From: a virus
Lineage: Duplodnaviria; Caudoviricetes
Virus record (IMG/VR): IMGVR_UViG_3300021185_002017
Direction: 5' to 3' (one strand)
Length of the DNA stretch: 64,000 nucleotides
Shown: piece by piece, positions 18,112 to 28,031 of the stretch
Position numbering within the stretch: position 1 is the first letter of the stretch
Layout: each line of letters begins with the position of its first letter
Translations under genes and position numbers: made by a program
The notes under the pieces: generated by a model
Seen by the model: only the letters and a program-made list of their open reading frames with translations
Told to the model about the DNA's origin: nothing
Database searches by the model: none

Positions 18112-18762
18112 ATGGCTAGGTATTATGGAAACAGATTGTCAAAAGGTCCTGCTTGGACCGAAGAACCCTTTACTCATATTACGCATGAATTTTGGCCAGA
18201 TAAATCAAGTATGCTTGCCGAGGCAATGTCTGTGAGAGAAGATAACGATCATAGATTTCAACTACCCTTAAAATTTGATAATAGTCGCCCACATCTAACA
18301 CAAGGTGCTACAGGTGTAACTTTAGATTGGTCTAGAATGCAAGAAAAAACACCTTTGCTAAAAGAATATTATGAAAATTTTTTAAACTGGATTGGCAGTG
18401 ACCTAGGAAGGACTACATGCCACTACTTCCACATTGATGCTGGTGCAACATATAGTTGGCATGTAGATAATGTACAAAGTGGTCGTGTAGTAGAAGGAAC
18501 GTCCGATGGTTTTAGAAGACCTTATGATACCTCTCCTGTGAATTGCTGTATTAATTTAGTTATTACAGACGATCAAACAACAGTTGAATTCAACCCTTCG
18601 GAAATAGTTGGATACAAATATGAGTGTGGAATATTAAACACATCAGAATATCATAGAGTATATCCAACCAAGTATAGAGTACTTGCAAGAATATCTTTTT
18701 ATGATTTATTATACGAAGAAGTTGTACACAAAGTCAGAAGACAGGAGAAAAAATTACAATGA
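18112..18762 (+). CDS. cupin/2OG-Fe(II) oxygenase-like protein
   Basis: WHVD..INLVI..LNTSEYHRV (HxD..H triad). Confidence 0.55.
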   Translation: MARYYGNRLSKGPAWTEEPFTHITHEFWPDKSSMLAEAMSVREDNDHRFQLPLKFDNSRPHLTQGATGVTLDWSRMQEKTPLLKEYYENFLNWIGSDLGRTTCHYFHIDAGATYSWHVDNVQSGRVVEGTSDGFRRPYDTSPVNCCINLVITDDQTTVEFNPSEIVGYKYECGILNTSEYHRVYPTKYRVLARISFYDLLYEEVVHKVRRQEKKLQ

Positions 18763-19409
18763 TGCACGGAAACAGAGTTCACAGAGGTCCTGCTTGGGCT
18801 TCAGTGCCATTTACACACATTAATCACGAGTTTTGGCCTAGTAGAGAAAGACTAAAAGAAGAAGCTCTTGCAATGAGAGAAAATGAAGCAAATAGATTTA
18901 GACTTCCTATACCAAAAACTTCTGGTAAGACAGATGTTACTTTAGACTTTCAGTATGTACACGAAAACACTCCAGTACTAGCAGAGTTTTATGATAATTT
19001 CAAGGAATGGTTCGGCGAAACTGGTTGGACACACTGTATGTATTTTTATCTTGACGGTGGTGCTGACTACGAGTGGCACAGAGATAACATACTAAGTGAT
19101 ATCAAATTTAACCCAAAAGAAATATTAGCAAAAGAAGGCAATAGTGCTAATCACGATTTAGTAAAACCTGCAGAAAGTAGTAATTTTCCAGTTAATTGCT
19201 GTATTAACCTAGTAATTACCGAAGATGGTTCAGAATGCGAGTTTATGGATCACGGATTATATAAATATACGGCTGGGATATTAAATACATCTCACTGGCA
19301 TAGGGTAAAACCTAGCACAACACGAATACTTGCAAGAATTTCATTTTTAGAAATGATATACGAGGAAGTTGTTCATAGAATAAGAAAACTAGAGAGGAAT
19401 AAAACATGA
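18759..19409 (+). CDS. cupin/2OG-Fe(II) oxygenase-like protein (paralog)
   Basis: WHRD..INLVI..LNTSHWHRV. Confidence 0.55.
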   Translation: MMHGNRVHRGPAWASVPFTHINHEFWPSRERLKEEALAMRENEANRFRLPIPKTSGKTDVTLDFQYVHENTPVLAEFYDNFKEWFGETGWTHCMYFYLDGGADYEWHRDNILSDIKFNPKEILAKEGNSANHDLVKPAESSNFPVNCCINLVITEDGSECEFMDHGLYKYTAGILNTSHWHRVKPSTTRILARISFLEMIYEEVVHRIRKLERNKT

Positions 19410-19570
19410 TAGATTGGATTAAGGCAAGAGTAAAAGAAAGAACAAGTTGGGACGGTGGTGTTATCATCGCTGGATCATTAGCAATCATATTGTTTGGTGG
19501 CATTGTTAAAATTGCAGCATGGGCTGGTTTAGCATATGGTATCTGGGCAATAGCAACCAAAGAAGGATAA
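19406..19570 (+). CDS. small two-TM membrane protein
   Basis: hand-translated MIDWIKARVKERTSWDGGVII.. 54 aa, GAGG SD. Confidence 0.6.
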   Translation: MIDWIKARVKERTSWDGGVIIAGSLAIILFGGIVKIAAWAGLAYGIWAIATKEG

Positions 19571-19740
19571 TGGCAAAAGCAAGTAGAAGAAACCAAAATA
19601 AGTCATTAGTAAATGGCACAGGTAAAAAGTGTACATCGCAAGGTGTAGGCGGTAGAGGTAGGCGTGTCAAAGTCGGCATGTCTACCATGAATAAAAGTAA
19701 AAAGAGAAGTACTACAGTTTATAGGGGGCAAGGAAGATAA
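19570..19740 (+). CDS. small basic T4-like protein
   Basis: MAK..KKCTSQG..YRGQGR pattern; TAATG coupling. Confidence 0.65.
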   Translation: MAKASRRNQNKSLVNGTGKKCTSQGVGGRGRRVKVGMSTMNKSKKRSTTVYRGQGR

Positions 19741-19955
19741 TGCCAACTAAATTTAAGCCAAGTGCGAAAACTGTACAGCGTGGTACAAAAATAGTAAAAA
19801 CTGAACACTACTATATAAAAAATCAATCAAAAGAAGTTTTGTTTGAATATATAAACAGTGCTAACGGTAAACCAAAAATAAAACAGAAATGTAAACGTGA
19901 GTTAGAGCGTAGAGGCATTCAAATTGTCTGGAAGCCAAAAAACATAGAAGCATAA
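19740..19955 (+). CDS. small basic hypothetical protein
   Basis: coupled ORF, KTEHYYIK..KIKQKCKRELERRG. Confidence 0.65.
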   Translation: MPTKFKPSAKTVQRGTKIVKTEHYYIKNQSKEVLFEYINSANGKPKIKQKCKRELERRGIQIVWKPKNIEA

Positions 19956-19982
19956 GTTTGTATTTAGAAGATAAATACTGTT

Positions 19983-22097
19983 ATGAAAATACATAATATC
20001 ACAGAAGGTTATTACGACGACAATCCAAAAGCAGATCCTAAGGTTGTAGATAAATTTGCAGGTGTCGCAGACAGCCAACGTTCATATTACATTATGAAAT
20101 GGGCTGAAGAAAAAGGTATCGATAGCGATGATGCTATGTACATGGCAGGCTATGTACAAGACGGCTACATAGGTGCTGGTGCTTGGAACTGGCGTTATGT
20201 CGGACTAGACGAAGCAAAAGCAAATCCAATGATTATGAATCGCGATGGTAAGGAAATTGAACTTACTAAATCCGGCGATTCAATGAAACCTAAATTTCAC
20301 TTAAAAATTAATGGCGAAGATCATGGCACATTTGATTCTGAGAAAGCTGCAATGCAACATTCAGCAAGACTAAAAGAATCTGCAAATATGCAAGACATGT
20401 TTGATGAACTGAGAATTGACGACAACACACATATAATTGACGGCAACAAAGAACTCACACTTGCTGATGTTGGCATTGGTTATTGGGGGTTAGGTTATGA
20501 CAGAGATGGCCGTTGTTTTGAAATGAGTAAAAGTAGCAGAGAAGATGCTAAAAATAGTATAACTGGTCATGGTGAATATAAAGTTTCTGACGCAGACATT
20601 ACTGATTTTGACGGCGCACGATATTATTGGAATGAGAATAGTCCGGACCATGGTCTACTCCACATAAAACAAATAAAAGAAGAATCAATTAAAGAAGCAG
20701 AAGAAGGAATGATTGGTGAACCAGATAACTGGTATGATGCTGAGCAAAGAAAAGAAGCATACGATCAATTACAAGATGCATTAACGGGCGGATTCGAAGA
20801 CGATTATATCAAAGATGGTACATGTCCAGAATGTGCTGGTTCAGGATACCTAGACGGCGACTATGAAGAGGAAGAAGATAGTTGTGACGGCTGGGGCAAT
20901 TACGGTTGTGACGAAGGCGAAATGCAATATGCTGATGATACTGTGAGCTGGAAAGAAATCAAAGATCACGATGAGAGATCCAAACAAAAAGCAGAACTTG
21001 CTAAGAAGCCACAACCTTCAGATGAAATATTAGCAGGTGCAATGAAACAGTTGCACAAAAATTATGTTGAAACTGGTAGATTTAATGCTATGGAATTACC
21101 AAGCATACTTAGACAAATGTATCCAGAAATCAGCAAACAAAAAGCCAGAGAAATTGGCGGTAAGTTCTTTAAGACTTTCGATACAATGAATGATGAAGAA
21201 CCAGTAACAGAAGCCGGTGCAGAAAAATGCTGGCCTGGACACAAGAAGGTTGGTACACAACCAGGTACAGGCAAAAACAAAGGCAAGCGTGTAAACAAGT
21301 GCAAGAAAATTGAATCTATTGACGAAAGCAGTGACGATGCAATGGTTGCTAAAATGTTAGCAAAAGCATTAGGTGACGAAAACCGTTGGACTGAAATGTC
21401 AGCACCAGAGCTATACGCAGAACTCGAAAGCACTAATCCAGATGTAGCAGACATGATTAGAAATCTTGCAAAGATGCTGTATGATGTCAGACTAGCAGAA
21501 AGAGCATACATAGATGTTGGTGTTGCAGACACAGTAAAAGATCAAAGAGGCAAAGAATTCCAATTTGACAAGAACACTAAAAAGTTTAAGTCACAAGACG
21601 GCGAAGAAGCAGATGTTAAAACTAAGTTAGGCAAAGACTTAATGAGAATTCGTAAGAATCAAATGAAAAAAACTTCGCCTAGTTATAAAACTAAAAAGAA
21701 TCAAGGCAGACCAGTAATGGCTTCTATTGAAGAGTCATATGGTCACACTGATGAAATAACACTAGAAGACAACGAAGACTTCAATGATATATTTGGTGTA
21801 CTAGGCTACAGTTTATGTGAGCAAGATACATTTGAAGCAGAATACCAAGGTCGTAAAGTTAAACTAAACAAACCTATGCAAGGCGATGTTAAGAAGTTTA
21901 AAGTTTATGTTAAAGATCCTAAAACAGGCAATGTTAAAAAAGTTAACTTTGGACACGGCGGAAGTAGTGCTAAAGGTAAAACAATGAAGATTAGAAAAAG
22001 TAATCCTAAAGCAAGAAAAAGTTTTAGAGCAAGACATAACTGTGATAACCCAGGACCTAAGACAAAAGCTCGTTATTGGTCATGTCGTAAATGGTAG
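19983..22097 (+). CDS. modular putative internal head polyprotein
   Basis: leader MKIHNITE; many (I/L/V)xE junctions; CxxCxGxG, KCWPG and KARYWSC modules. Confidence 0.6.
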   Translation: MKIHNITEGYYDDNPKADPKVVDKFAGVADSQRSYYIMKWAEEKGIDSDDAMYMAGYVQDGYIGAGAWNWRYVGLDEAKANPMIMNRDGKEIELTKSGDSMKPKFHLKINGEDHGTFDSEKAAMQHSARLKESANMQDMFDELRIDDNTHIIDGNKELTLADVGIGYWGLGYDRDGRCFEMSKSSREDAKNSITGHGEYKVSDADITDFDGARYYWNENSPDHGLLHIKQIKEESIKEAEEGMIGEPDNWYDAEQRKEAYDQLQDALTGGFEDDYIKDGTCPECAGSGYLDGDYEEEEDSCDGWGNYGCDEGEMQYADDTVSWKEIKDHDERSKQKAELAKKPQPSDEILAGAMKQLHKNYVETGRFNAMELPSILRQMYPEISKQKAREIGGKFFKTFDTMNDEEPVTEAGAEKCWPGHKKVGTQPGTGKNKGKRVNKCKKIESIDESSDDAMVAKMLAKALGDENRWTEMSAPELYAELESTNPDVADMIRNLAKMLYDVRLAERAYIDVGVADTVKDQRGKEFQFDKNTKKFKSQDGEEADVKTKLGKDLMRIRKNQMKKTSPSYKTKKNQGRPVMASIEESYGHTDEITLEDNEDFNDIFGVLGYSLCEQDTFEAEYQGRKVKLNKPMQGDVKKFKVYVKDPKTGNVKKVNFGHGGSSAKGKTMKIRKSNPKARKSFRARHNCDNPGPKTKARYWSCRKW

Positions 22098-22730
22098 ATG
22101 CAACTAAAAAGAACTAGTCACAAATTAAATCCTCGCCCTACATGGGGCACCGCAATTGATATTGGTTTTATACCTCATGCAAGGCATCTTGCAAACTTTG
22201 ATCAAAACGGTTACGACTTAACTCCACTAGAACACATGTATGCAGAAGTAAATAATGGCTTCGTAGGCAATACTAGATGGCGTAACAGTCTCAAAACACA
22301 ATGGTACGAAGATATTGATAACAGCATTGGCGGTGTGCATCTCAATCACGCAGATCTATACGAACGCAAAGGTTACCATGGTTATGCACTAGAACAACTA
22401 ATGGCCCATGCAGAAGGCTTACCACTCATACACAAGATAACACAAATGCGTCCTAAGTGGGGCATAGACATCAGTATAGACTATGTAAAATATCCTGATG
22501 TGTTTGAAGTGTTTCATTTTGAATGGGACGACTTTGAATATGATGTTGTTGCTGAAAAGCAAATAGAAATAGAAAAAGTTATTAACAACACAGACTTTGA
22601 TGATGCCGCACAACAACTTATTAAACGCAAAGATGAATGGCATCATTTAGACTTTTTTGCACAAAGTAAATGGAAAGCAGATTACTTTGGCGTAGGACAA
22701 GAACAGTTCAAAATGGTTGCATGGCGCTAG
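22098..22730 (+). CDS. hypothetical protein
   Basis: NGYDL..RPKWG motifs shared with next gene. Confidence 0.75.
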   Translation: MQLKRTSHKLNPRPTWGTAIDIGFIPHARHLANFDQNGYDLTPLEHMYAEVNNGFVGNTRWRNSLKTQWYEDIDNSIGGVHLNHADLYERKGYHGYALEQLMAHAEGLPLIHKITQMRPKWGIDISIDYVKYPDVFEVFHFEWDDFEYDVVAEKQIEIEKVINNTDFDDAAQQLIKRKDEWHHLDFFAQSKWKADYFGVGQEQFKMVAWR

Positions 22731-22751
22731 TATTTCCCCATAAATACATGC

Positions 22752-23423
22752 ATGTTCAAAGCAAACGATTTTATTTACCCAGATAGATTATGTATTACTG
22801 ATGCCATCGACCCAGGTCCTGCAGGCATAATGAGACACGAATTTGATTACGCAGACCCCAATGGATTTGCGTTATGCGAAGTTGAACAGCAGTATTACGA
22901 GAATGCTGGATTGCACATAGATGCAGGATTCGAAAACAAAGTAAAACAATCTGCTGAACATTTATCTTTTGATTTAGACGACAAAAACGAAAGCAAAAAT
23001 ACTGACTGGTTTCATATTTCACACAGTTATACACAGTTCCGTTCTAACTTCAAAGGCGATGCTAGATCTCAATTAATAGAATATGCAACAAAATTTAATT
23101 ATCACGGTGCTAGATTACTTACTCAGGTAAGACCTAAGTGGGGTGTAACATGTCGTCTGTATGCAAAAAGTAAAGACGATGCTTTGTTTGAATTTGTAAA
23201 TCTAGAATATGAATTTTCTGATATGTCATCATTACGAAGCTCAACTAACGCAATTGAAAGTGTTATAGTTGGCAATGATAACTTGTTTGACAAAGCAGAA
23301 GAAATGTACGATAGGAAACAAGAATGGGACTTACTCGGCTTGTTCGATCAAAGAGAGTGGAAAACAAAATTCTTATTCGGATGGGACACACATTATAAAC
23401 AAGTTCCATCGCTAATATTATAA
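22752..23423 (+). CDS. hypothetical protein (paralog of 22098)
   Basis: NGFAL..RPKWG. Confidence 0.75.
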   Translation: MFKANDFIYPDRLCITDAIDPGPAGIMRHEFDYADPNGFALCEVEQQYYENAGLHIDAGFENKVKQSAEHLSFDLDDKNESKNTDWFHISHSYTQFRSNFKGDARSQLIEYATKFNYHGARLLTQVRPKWGVTCRLYAKSKDDALFEFVNLEYEFSDMSSLRSSTNAIESVIVGNDNLFDKAEEMYDRKQEWDLLGLFDQREWKTKFLFGWDTHYKQVPSLIL

Positions 23424-23953
23424 TGGAAATTATAGCAACTGACATAGATACAAATAGACTGTACGAAGACATGAGTGTGTTGTTAGGTGCTAATAATTTT
23501 TGGGACGAAAGGCAAATATCTCTTACAAGTGTTACAGGAGAGAACGATTGGACATGTTCTATTGGTTCAGCTCTCCAACTAAGTAAGCCAGAACGCATGT
23601 ACAGTCAAATAAACAAAGATTTAGAAGGTACTTACATTGCAGAACTTATTACTAAGTACAATAATTATTACAGGTGGCGGTTGTTGCATATCCCTCCCGG
23701 GCAATGCTACACTATACACACAGATGCTTACAGCGAAAGAGTTAATAAAAGACTGCATATACCTGTAGAAACAAATGATGACTCGTATTTTTGCTATTAT
23801 GGTGATAAACCAGCAAATGGTTTAGAAACAACTGTAAAATTTCACCATATGGCATTAGGAAATGCGTACGAAGTTAATACTTCGCAATTGCACAGTGCTA
23901 TAAATTGGGGTACAACCTCAAGATTCCATATTGTAGGAGTTAGATATGAGTAA
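23423..23953 (+). CDS. Asp/Asn beta-hydroxylase-like 2OG-Fe(II) oxygenase
   Basis: IHTD..RLHIPV..NTSQLHSAIN..RFHIV. Confidence 0.7.
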   Translation: MEIIATDIDTNRLYEDMSVLLGANNFWDERQISLTSVTGENDWTCSIGSALQLSKPERMYSQINKDLEGTYIAELITKYNNYYRWRLLHIPPGQCYTIHTDAYSERVNKRLHIPVETNDDSYFCYYGDKPANGLETTVKFHHMALGNAYEVNTSQLHSAINWGTTSRFHIVGVRYE

Positions 23954-24485
23954 AATTGCTATTACTGGACACACTAATGGAATTGGACAAGCATTATTTG
24001 ACAATCTTAGCAAAAATCACAAATGTCGTGGCTTTAGTAGATCTAACGGTTTTGATATAACTAAAAATAACAACTTATTATTAAATGGAATAGCACGATG
24101 TGATGTTTTTATCAATAATGCATACGCCGAAGATGCTCAAATGAAACTATTAATGCATGTTTTCGACATTTGGCAAAATGACAGCACAAAAACTATAGTA
24201 AACATATCAAGTTCAAGTAAATATCCAGGACATTCGTTCAATCTTTCAGGATATCCAGGATACAAAGCCGCCCTTTCTCATCAAGCAGGCATAATGCAAC
24301 AGATGAACCACAGGCTATGTCGAATTATAAATGTAAATCCGGGATATATTGATACTCCTAGAGTCGGCATGGTAGATAAACCAAAACTAACGACTCAAGA
24401 ATGTGCTGACATCATTATATTTGCAATAGAACAACCACAGCACATAGAAATTGGTGAATTAGGCTTTTGGATTATTGATAAATAG
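23946..24485 (+). CDS. short-chain dehydrogenase/reductase
   Basis: ITGHTNGIG, FINNA, YPGYK, NVNPG. Confidence 0.85.
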   Translation: MSKIAITGHTNGIGQALFDNLSKNHKCRGFSRSNGFDITKNNNLLLNGIARCDVFINNAYAEDAQMKLLMHVFDIWQNDSTKTIVNISSSSKYPGHSFNLSGYPGYKAALSHQAGIMQQMNHRLCRIINVNPGYIDTPRVGMVDKPKLTTQECADIIIFAIEQPQHIEIGELGFWIIDK

Positions 24486-24490
24486 TAGTT

Positions 24491-26830
24491 ATGAAACAGG
24501 TTATCATTTATCCAGGTAGATTCCAGCCAATGCTTTCGCATCATGCAGAAGTATACAGCCAATTACAAACTCAGTTTCCAGAAGCTGATGTATATATTGG
24601 AACCAGTGACAAAGTAGAAAGTGGTAAATCACCTTTTAACTTTAAAGAAAAGCAAATGATAGCCAATGCACACGGCATTGATCCAAGTAAAGTTTTACTA
24701 GCAAAAAGACCTTATCACAAAGATGATTATCCTTTTGATGAGGACAATACTGTTATAATTTTTGCTGTTGGTGAGAAAGACTTAGACAGATTTCCTTTTA
24801 ATAATGTAGATCCTGAGACTGATTTGGATATGACCGTTCGCGGAGAACCAAAGCCAAAGTACTATCAGAAGATAAATACATATAGAACGGATCCAAAGCC
24901 AATGGCTGAAAGAGGATACATAACACTTGCACCAACTATTAAAACAGGTGATGAAATTGCAAGTGCTAGTGCTTTTAGAGATGCATTAAAGAATGCTCCA
25001 GATAAAGAAAGTGCTGAAAAAGTATACACTAAGCAATTTGGAAACTTTGATCCAAAAATATTTGAACTAATATACAATAAAATTACAGGGCAAAATGAAA
25101 TGAAAGAAGAAATTAATAGAATTAGAAAACTTGCAGGTTTAGAGCCTGTTATGGAAAGTTTTGACCCTGCAATGGAACCATCTAGAGAAGATGAAATGTA
25201 TGACGAATTACTTACAGCATATGAACAAGGCGAACAGCAGTTAGCAAAAGCAATGGGCATAAGCGAACAAGAACTTGATCAGGAAATGACTGAGTTTGCA
25301 ATGGACCATGGCTTACATATGGACGACGACAGAGATGAAGTAGTTCACGGTTATATAGAACAAGTAGTTGCTGATGCAGATCACAAAGAATACGAAAGTG
25401 TTGAATTAGAAGCAGAAGCAGTAGCACCAGAAGGCGAACAGCCAGAGCAACCAGAAGAAGGTGAAAAAGTCATTCCTGTTAACAAGCCAATCTCATTAAG
25501 AGGTGATAGCATTTGGGACGAAGATGGTAAAAACCCTGAGTCAGTAAATGTTACAGAAGTTGCTATAGATAAAGACATGGACGAAGATGATTATGCACAT
25601 GTTAGTGTTTCGCATGATGGTCCATGGACAGTATACACCGATTCAGGTTTTGAAGCAGAAATATCTAAAATAGTAGGCTTTGATGTACAGTTTACTGAGC
25701 AAGGCATGCAAGAAGAAGGCCAAGCAAGTCTAGAAGGAAACACTGAAGATTCAGTAGGTATGCAAGAAGAATTAGATAGATTAACTAGTTTATCAGGAAT
25801 AGAAGAAGCACCTATGCCAGACTTTGACAAAGGCGAAAGACCTAAAACAAGTAAAGAACGTGCAGCTTACCGTAAGTGGAAGAAATCTAATGCGGCAGGT
25901 AAAAAAGATGATGATGCACCTTTAACAATCTCTCCAAAAGATCGTAAAGATGCTGAAGCAAGACCTGCAAATGCAGCAGCGGCTGATCCTGCAAAAGCAG
26001 AATTTACAGATATCACTTTAAAAGGAATGAAAGTAGACGGTAAATCTATACCAAGCAGTCAACGAGCTAAAAGTATTGCTAATCAATTCCCAGAAGATGC
26101 TGACTTAAATGATCCAGCAATTAAAAAAGAAGTTTTCTTAAAGTTTACTGCAAAAAGACCAGATTTAATGTTTGGTGAAATTAATGCTCGTATATCTAAT
26201 GACGCAGAAGGTTTAGCAATAAGCGATAGACTTAGTCCAATTGTAAGACAGTTAGAAGATAGCCGTAATATTATGGAACTAGAGCCAGAAGATAAATCAT
26301 TTGCTCTTAAGATTTTAAACAATGCAATACATAATATGGATTTAGTTAAATCTACTGAGATAGATAAGCAAATTGATGTAGAGCCAATGCAATTAGACAC
26401 TGACGACGAAGATGAAAAAGAATACGATGATGATGCAATGGTACCAGTACTAGATATGGAAGACGATGCTGAATTTGAAAAAGAAAGTTTAGATCTATCT
26501 AGCATAAGAGATGAGTTTGGTGTAAATGAAGGCAGATTAAAAGACATTATCCAAGACGCAATGGACATGTCTAAAGAAGAATTTGATGCTGAATACAAAG
26601 GCCAATACGACTACGATCAAATACAAAAAGAATACGGCGACGAAGCAATAGACGAAGGTGGCGAGAAGTGTCCACAATGCGGAATGGTAGATTGCCCATG
26701 TGAGCCAGGTGAATGTGACTGTGATCCAGTTGAAGAACAATCAGAAGTGATTGAAGACATAGTTGACGAAGCAGTTGAAAACACAATTGATGTTGCAATT
26801 AACGAGTTAAAGCAACTAGCAGGCATTTAA
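24491..26830 (+). CDS. nucleotidyltransferase-like domain fused to acidic modular region
   Basis: YPGRFQP..H N-terminus; repeated RLxxLAGL motifs; C-terminal Cys cluster. Confidence 0.65.
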   Translation: MKQVIIYPGRFQPMLSHHAEVYSQLQTQFPEADVYIGTSDKVESGKSPFNFKEKQMIANAHGIDPSKVLLAKRPYHKDDYPFDEDNTVIIFAVGEKDLDRFPFNNVDPETDLDMTVRGEPKPKYYQKINTYRTDPKPMAERGYITLAPTIKTGDEIASASAFRDALKNAPDKESAEKVYTKQFGNFDPKIFELIYNKITGQNEMKEEINRIRKLAGLEPVMESFDPAMEPSREDEMYDELLTAYEQGEQQLAKAMGISEQELDQEMTEFAMDHGLHMDDDRDEVVHGYIEQVVADADHKEYESVELEAEAVAPEGEQPEQPEEGEKVIPVNKPISLRGDSIWDEDGKNPESVNVTEVAIDKDMDEDDYAHVSVSHDGPWTVYTDSGFEAEISKIVGFDVQFTEQGMQEEGQASLEGNTEDSVGMQEELDRLTSLSGIEEAPMPDFDKGERPKTSKERAAYRKWKKSNAAGKKDDDAPLTISPKDRKDAEARPANAAAADPAKAEFTDITLKGMKVDGKSIPSSQRAKSIANQFPEDADLNDPAIKKEVFLKFTAKRPDLMFGEINARISNDAEGLAISDRLSPIVRQLEDSRNIMELEPEDKSFALKILNNAIHNMDLVKSTEIDKQIDVEPMQLDTDDEDEKEYDDDAMVPVLDMEDDAEFEKESLDLSSIRDEFGVNEGRLKDIIQDAMDMSKEEFDAEYKGQYDYDQIQKEYGDEAIDEGGEKCPQCGMVDCPCEPGECDCDPVEEQSEVIEDIVDEAVENTIDVAINELKQLAGI

Positions 26831-26832
26831 CA

Positions 26833-27177
26833 ATGAACGAAATTCAAAGATTACAACAACTAGCAGGTCTTGCAATAACTGAAGCAGAAACAGGTGACGA
26901 AGTTACTAAAACTGTTGCAGGTCATACTGATAACGAAAAAGATATGATTATGAAACAGTTATATCAAACAGGCAAGTACTGTGTAGAGCTTTACAAGATG
27001 ATGGGTAAAATGGATGGTAACACTGATTTCCCACATTGGTGGCAAGGTAAAGTTGTTAAGGCATCAGACTACATTGGTGCAGCTAAACATTACTTAGAAA
27101 ACGAAATCGAAGCACCTAATGTTGAAGTTGTTGTAACACCAGATATCGAAGATAACGACCCTTCAGGCGTTAGTTAA
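26833..27177 (+). CDS. putative internal head protein
   Basis: LQQLAGLAITE leader; PHWWQGK..ASDY..HYLE module. Confidence 0.55.
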   Translation: MNEIQRLQQLAGLAITEAETGDEVTKTVAGHTDNEKDMIMKQLYQTGKYCVELYKMMGKMDGNTDFPHWWQGKVVKASDYIGAAKHYLENEIEAPNVEVVVTPDIEDNDPSGVS

Positions 27178-27179
27178 GA

Positions 27180-28028
27180 CTAAATCCAGTCTGTATTATT
27201 AACTAGTTTATCAGCATACTCAGGCCAAAACAGTCCTGCTCTAGGTCCACCATTACACTTCCCATCACTTTCTCCAGGGATCTTAATCCAAAGAAATGCA
27301 TCACATTTTTCTTCTCCGGTACTGCATGTCGGAGGTATACCTAAACTTCTGCCCGGTGGATTACACCAATCATTACCGTGTGGTCCGTTGCCATTACGAC
27401 TAGTGTCTATAACAAAATGATCGTTTGGTCTTTGTTCGCATATTTGTAGTGACCACTTCATACTTTCTTTTGTACTTCTAAAGTTACTTACATTTACACT
27501 AAAGCCTCTTACTTTATCATTGCTTACAATGTCTAACAGTTTAGCAACTTCACTTGGTGCTAGCCAATTACTGTGTCCTACATCGACATAAACAAGTGCG
27601 TTAGAGTTGCTTGTAAGCACGTCTAAGCCTTCTTTAAGCAAACTTAGTCTAGACTCAGCAACACTCTTATCCATTAGTGTACTGTGTGGTATTGCGTCTG
27701 GTTCGAATATAACAATAGGTGCTCTATCGCCTATACCTCTACAAAATGCATGTAGAAATTCTATATAGGCTTCTCTGGTTTTTGCACCACCTTTGCTGTG
27801 ATGTCCTACATCTCTTTCTGGTATGTTGTATATAACTAGTACAGGCAACTGTGGATCTACTCGCTTCATTAGCCTGCCTAATCCATCGTCAATATTACAA
27901 CTGTATTTGCCTTGCCTATCGCCATACCAAAAACTTACAGGATGCTCAAATATTTTTGCAACACTAGGATAAGCAAGTCGATGGTCTTTAACTCTGTCGA
28001 AATTATTGACCCAAAAAGGATATTCCAT
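27180..28028 (-). CDS. glycoside hydrolase family 6 (cellulase-like) catalytic domain
   Basis: YNIPERD, EPDA, DVGHSNW, NVSNF, IDTSRNG, WCNPPG, WIKIPGESDG. Confidence 0.92.
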   Translation of the reverse strand: MEYPFWVNNFDRVKDHRLAYPSVAKIFEHPVSFWYGDRQGKYSCNIDDGLGRLMKRVDPQLPVLVIYNIPERDVGHHSKGGAKTREAYIEFLHAFCRGIGDRAPIVIFEPDAIPHSTLMDKSVAESRLSLLKEGLDVLTSNSNALVYVDVGHSNWLAPSEVAKLLDIVSNDKVRGFSVNVSNFRSTKESMKWSLQICEQRPNDHFVIDTSRNGNGPHGNDWCNPPGRSLGIPPTCSTGEEKCDAFLWIKIPGESDGKCNGGPRAGLFWPEYADKLVNNTDWI

Positions 28029-28031
28029 AAC

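Noticed and set aside
21062-26826. Several minus-strand Ser-rich ORFs (21062, 24865, 26083 and others)
   Set aside because: Shadows of Glu/Asp-rich plus-strand genes (GAA/GAT read as TTC/ATC/TCx on the other strand)
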